DNA from: Anaerolineae bacterium | GTDB taxonomy: Bacteria > Chloroflexota > Anaerolineae > B4-G1 > SLSP01 | DNA: 38,328 bases | Direction of reading: 5' to 3' | NCBI GenBank assembly: GCA_040774145.1 | Contig: JAXGUU010000003.1 | Coordinates: 1-38,328 of the forward strand | In this document: in pieces, positions 36,020 to 38,328 of the stretch | How the letters are laid out: each line of letters begins with the position of its first letter | Numbering within the stretch: position 1 is the stretch's first letter | Notes under the pieces: generated by a model | Databases searched by the model: none | Told to the model about the DNA's origin: nothing | What the model saw: only the letters and a program-made list of their open reading frames with translations | Made by a program: the position numbers and the translations under genes

Positions 36020-37639
36020 TCAGCGGATCTCGAGGGCGTCGAGTGAGAGGTCGCCGGCAACCGGGGTGAGGGTGATGCCGCGCGGGGTGGCGAAGAGCGT
36101 GCGGTGAAGCGTGATGGGGTCGCCGTCCAGGGTGAGCTCACGGCTGCGGCCCTGCGCATCCGTCATGCGGACGGTGGCCTGCCCGGGGCCGGGGATGAGG
36201 GTCAGCGCGCGGCCCTCCCAGGTGAAGGTCACCGCAGCATCGGGATCTACCGTGGTCCGATAGCTGCCCAGGAGGGCGTCATCGTCGAGTACGTCGTCCC
36301 AGGTGCCGGTGTAGGCAAGCTGCCACGATGTCTCCTGATGGACGCCGCGGTAGAGCGTCGGGGTGAGAGAGGTGAGGTAATCCGACAGGGCACCGTAGAC
36401 CGGCATAGGGGTGAAGTCGGGATCGACCAGGCGAAAGTAGTAGGAGGGGTCCAGCTGATCGGCGTCGGTGGCCTTCTTGAAGAACCAGACAGTGGTGACG
36501 CCGGCCCAGGGCCAGTCGCGCTGGATGCGTTCGAAGGCGAGGGGGGCCCAGCGCGCCTGTTGCTCGAGGGTCACGCGTCCGTAGCGATCGGGTATGGCCT
36601 CGGGAGCGGCGTTGCTGTTCATCTCGCTGATCCAGATGGGTTTGTGGGCATCGCCGTTGGCGACCATCAGATCCCTGAGCCACATCGGGCGCGAGAAGTT
36701 GATCTCGCGCAGGGACATGCGGCGGTCGGTAGGACCCGAGCGCAGCATGTAGTTGTTGACGGCCATGACGTCGAAGCACGCGCCGGCGCCTGCGGCGTAC
36801 ATGCGCTGCAGGAAGACGGTGTCCATCATGTTGTCGCCCTCATACTCGTGCTGCCAGCTGCCGAGTTCGGCGGTCTGGGCCATCGCCCCGCTGATGACGA
36901 CGGCGTCGGGATCGGTGGCCTTGATGCGGGCATAGGCGCGGCAGAGCAGGTCGGTATAGGCTTCCGGATCAACCGGTTGATTGCCCCACTCAGGATAAAT
37001 GTTGGGCTCGTTCCAGACCTGGTAGAAGCGGATGCGACCTTGATACCGTGAGACGACAGCCTCGACGAAATCGACGAAGTCCTCGACATCGTCGGGGGGA
37101 CCGAAGGCGCCCCGAGCGGTGCCGTCGTGACGGCTCCAGGCGGGTGGCGCCCCGAGCCGCGCGATGATGGCCAGATCGTGCGCTTCGGCAAGGTCGACAA
37201 TGTTGTCGTACTTGTCCCAGGCCGAGCGGAAAGGCTCGTGGCGACGGTCCTCGAAGTCGCCCTTGGCGTGGATCTCGATATCGTACCAGGGGAAAGGCTG
37301 GCGGATCCAGCGAAAGCCCGCATCGGCGATCATCTGGAGGGAGCGGCTTCGCTTCTCGATCTCGACTTCCTGCTCCAGCTCGGTATTGATGCCAAAGGGT
37401 GGGAGGTCAGTATGGATGACGGGGACATGGGGTGCCGTGTTGGGCAGGGGGCGGAGCCATCCGAGGGCCCATTGGACCATACCGCGTACCTGCGATGGTA
37501 ACGCTTCCTCGCCGGTGAGGTTGAAGAATAGGTCATCGGGCGACCGGGGCAAAGGACCTACTGCATCGGCATACCACAGGCCCATGCCCATCAGCACGGC
37601 GGCAATGGCAAGGAGGAGGGGCCAGGCAGGGCGACGCAT
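36020..37639 (-). CDS. Exported/membrane-anchored clan GH-A glycoside hydrolase (GH5/GH39-like)
   Basis: N-terminal hydrophobic segment, AGFRWIRQPFPW, WDKYD, YQVWNEPN acid/base, KPIWISEM nucleophile. Confidence 0.8.
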   Translation of the reverse strand: MRRPAWPLLLAIAAVLMGMGLWYADAVGPLPRSPDDLFFNLTGEEALPSQVRGMVQWALGWLRPLPNTAPHVPVIHTDLPPFGINTELEQEVEIEKRSRSLQMIADAGFRWIRQPFPWYDIEIHAKGDFEDRRHEPFRSAWDKYDNIVDLAEAHDLAIIARLGAPPAWSRHDGTARGAFGPPDDVEDFVDFVEAVVSRYQGRIRFYQVWNEPNIYPEWGNQPVDPEAYTDLLCRAYARIKATDPDAVVISGAMAQTAELGSWQHEYEGDNMMDTVFLQRMYAAGAGACFDVMAVNNYMLRSGPTDRRMSLREINFSRPMWLRDLMVANGDAHKPIWISEMNSNAAPEAIPDRYGRVTLEQQARWAPLAFERIQRDWPWAGVTTVWFFKKATDADQLDPSYYFRLVDPDFTPMPVYGALSDYLTSLTPTLYRGVHQETSWQLAYTGTWDDVLDDDALLGSYRTTVDPDAAVTFTWEGRALTLIPGPGQATVRMTDAQGRSRELTLDGDPITLHRTLFATPRGITLTPVAGDLSLDALEIR

Positions 37640-37651
37640 AGTCCGGCGGTG

Positions 37652-38032
37652 CTACATCAGCCTGGTCGATGGGATGACGAGCTTTTCCTCAAGCATAAGC
37701 GAGATAGAGAGGGGTTGTTGCTTCTCGATGAAGGCTTGGACCTCGACCAGGGACTTTTCGAAGAGCTCCAGCAGTGAGGCATCGTCTTCCTTGTAGCCGC
37801 TGACCGTGCGGCGCGCACAGGTGCAGCATCCCAACGAGGCGCGATAGCTGTCGAGGTCGCAGGTGAGACAGCTCCCCAACCTGATCATCATGAGACCAAA
37901 GGAGAGCACCTCTTCGTGGTTGTGGGGCAACTGGGCAACACGCCGGGCCAGTTCCTGCCACTTTGGGCCACGTAAGTCACTTAGCTGCTCGATACACCGG
38001 GGTGGGAAGAGAATCTCACTATCTGGATACAT
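37652..38032 (-). CDS. Small Cys-rich hypothetical protein (CxxC...CCxC)
   Basis: 126 aa ORF with its own consensus promoter; SCLTCD and GCCTCA motifs. Confidence 0.75.
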   Translation of the reverse strand: MYPDSEILFPPRCIEQLSDLRGPKWQELARRVAQLPHNHEEVLSFGLMMIRLGSCLTCDLDSYRASLGCCTCARRTVSGYKEDDASLLELFEKSLVEVQAFIEKQQPLSISLMLEEKLVIPSTRLM

Positions 38033-38107
38033 TGCGCCTTATCAGGGACAGAAACGTGCTAGAGTGGCATTGTGTGCCGGATCGGAAGCCAGGTCAGGCT
38101 GGCGCCT

Positions 38108-38136
38108 ATGATAGCATAGTCGGGGGGCTTTTTCAA
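38108..38136 (-). promoter_or_regulatory. sigma70-type promoter for the Cys-rich protein/GH genes
   Basis: Minus strand TTGAAA-17 nt-TATCAT with extended -10 TG. Confidence 0.7.
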
Positions 38137-38182
38137 GGGTTGTCGCCAAGTTGGGTTGTCTGTTCCTGAACAGGGCTCGGCT

Positions 38183-38298
38183 ATACGGAGAGGACCCGGC
38201 TAATGCCGGGTCCTCCGCGTGTCTATATGATCCATATGCCACCTCCTCAGAAGGAGATACGGTACCTAAGTGTGCGCGCCCATCGAAGGCACCGTCCA
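38183..38298 (-). ncRNA. Candidate structured small RNA, possibly encoding an 11-aa peptide
   Basis: Bounded by extended -10 TGTGCTATAAT (38304-38314) and the 38190-38215 hairpin; contains two further hairpins; no family recognised. Confidence 0.4.
38190..38215 (-). terminator. Terminator-like hairpin
   Basis: GAGGACCCGGC-ATTA-GCCGGGTCCTC perfect 11-bp stem, followed on minus strand by pyrimidine-rich TCCGTAT (weak U-tract). Confidence 0.55.
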
Positions 38299-38303
38299 TT
38301 AGT

Positions 38304-38314
38304 ATTATAGCACA
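38304..38314 (-). promoter_or_regulatory. Extended -10 promoter element
   Basis: TGTGCTATAAT on minus strand; the expected -35 position runs off the window edge. Confidence 0.6.
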
Positions 38315-38328
38315 CGTGTCAAGCCCTC

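Noticed and set aside
1118-37796. Many long antisense or alternate-frame ORFs (e.g. 3501-5174 -, 12515-13747 -, 14051-15133 -, 29015-30202 +, 36104-37051 +)
   Set aside because: Shadow ORFs expected from high-GC codon bias; they lie opposite well-supported genes and show no recognisable motifs
38042-38299. 85-aa ORF starting right after the TATAAT as a leaderless gene
   Set aside because: ATG is only 4 nt from the -10, and the ORF runs through a terminator-like hairpin and the next promoter; no protein-like features
38304-38322. TTGACA and TATAAT as one perfect promoter, or a CIRCE element
   Set aside because: Spacer is only 7 nt, and the sequence does not match TTAGCACTC-N9-GAGTGCTAA

Overview
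GC-rich bacterial chromosomal segment, probably Chloroflexota/Anaerolineae-like (inferred from gene content, not proven). About 32 CDS; no rRNA, tRNA, CRISPR array or transposase was recognised. In order: slyD; a small-ORF/SAM-methyltransferase/membrane alpha-beta hydrolase cassette whose methyltransferase looks frameshifted at a G8 run; an ECF sigma factor with a large membrane-anchored repeat protein; a membrane protein; a hybrid PAS histidine kinase. The centre is a ~13-kb IclR-headed catabolic operon (11.5-24.8 kb): two paralogous non-canonical M19 dipeptidases, a hydantoin-racemase-family enzyme, a nitroreductase, an Opp/Dpp ABC importer, an M24 hydrolase with altered metal ligands and a D-aminoacylase. 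It has a clear promoter, operator-like palindrome and terminator. This is the best candidate for an undescribed system, possibly D-amino-acid/cyclic or modified peptide salvage. To the right: a pol-beta nucleotidyltransferase, GH29 fucosidase, DUF1232, SseB, LCP, nudC coupled to a CYTH-like gene, a degenerate Schlafen/AlbA_2-ATPase-like gene behind gyrA, gyrA, a clan GH-A glycosidase, a small Cys-rich protein, and a candidate ~110-nt structured sRNA/micropeptide gene at the window end. All family calls are from visual motif recognition; no searches were run.
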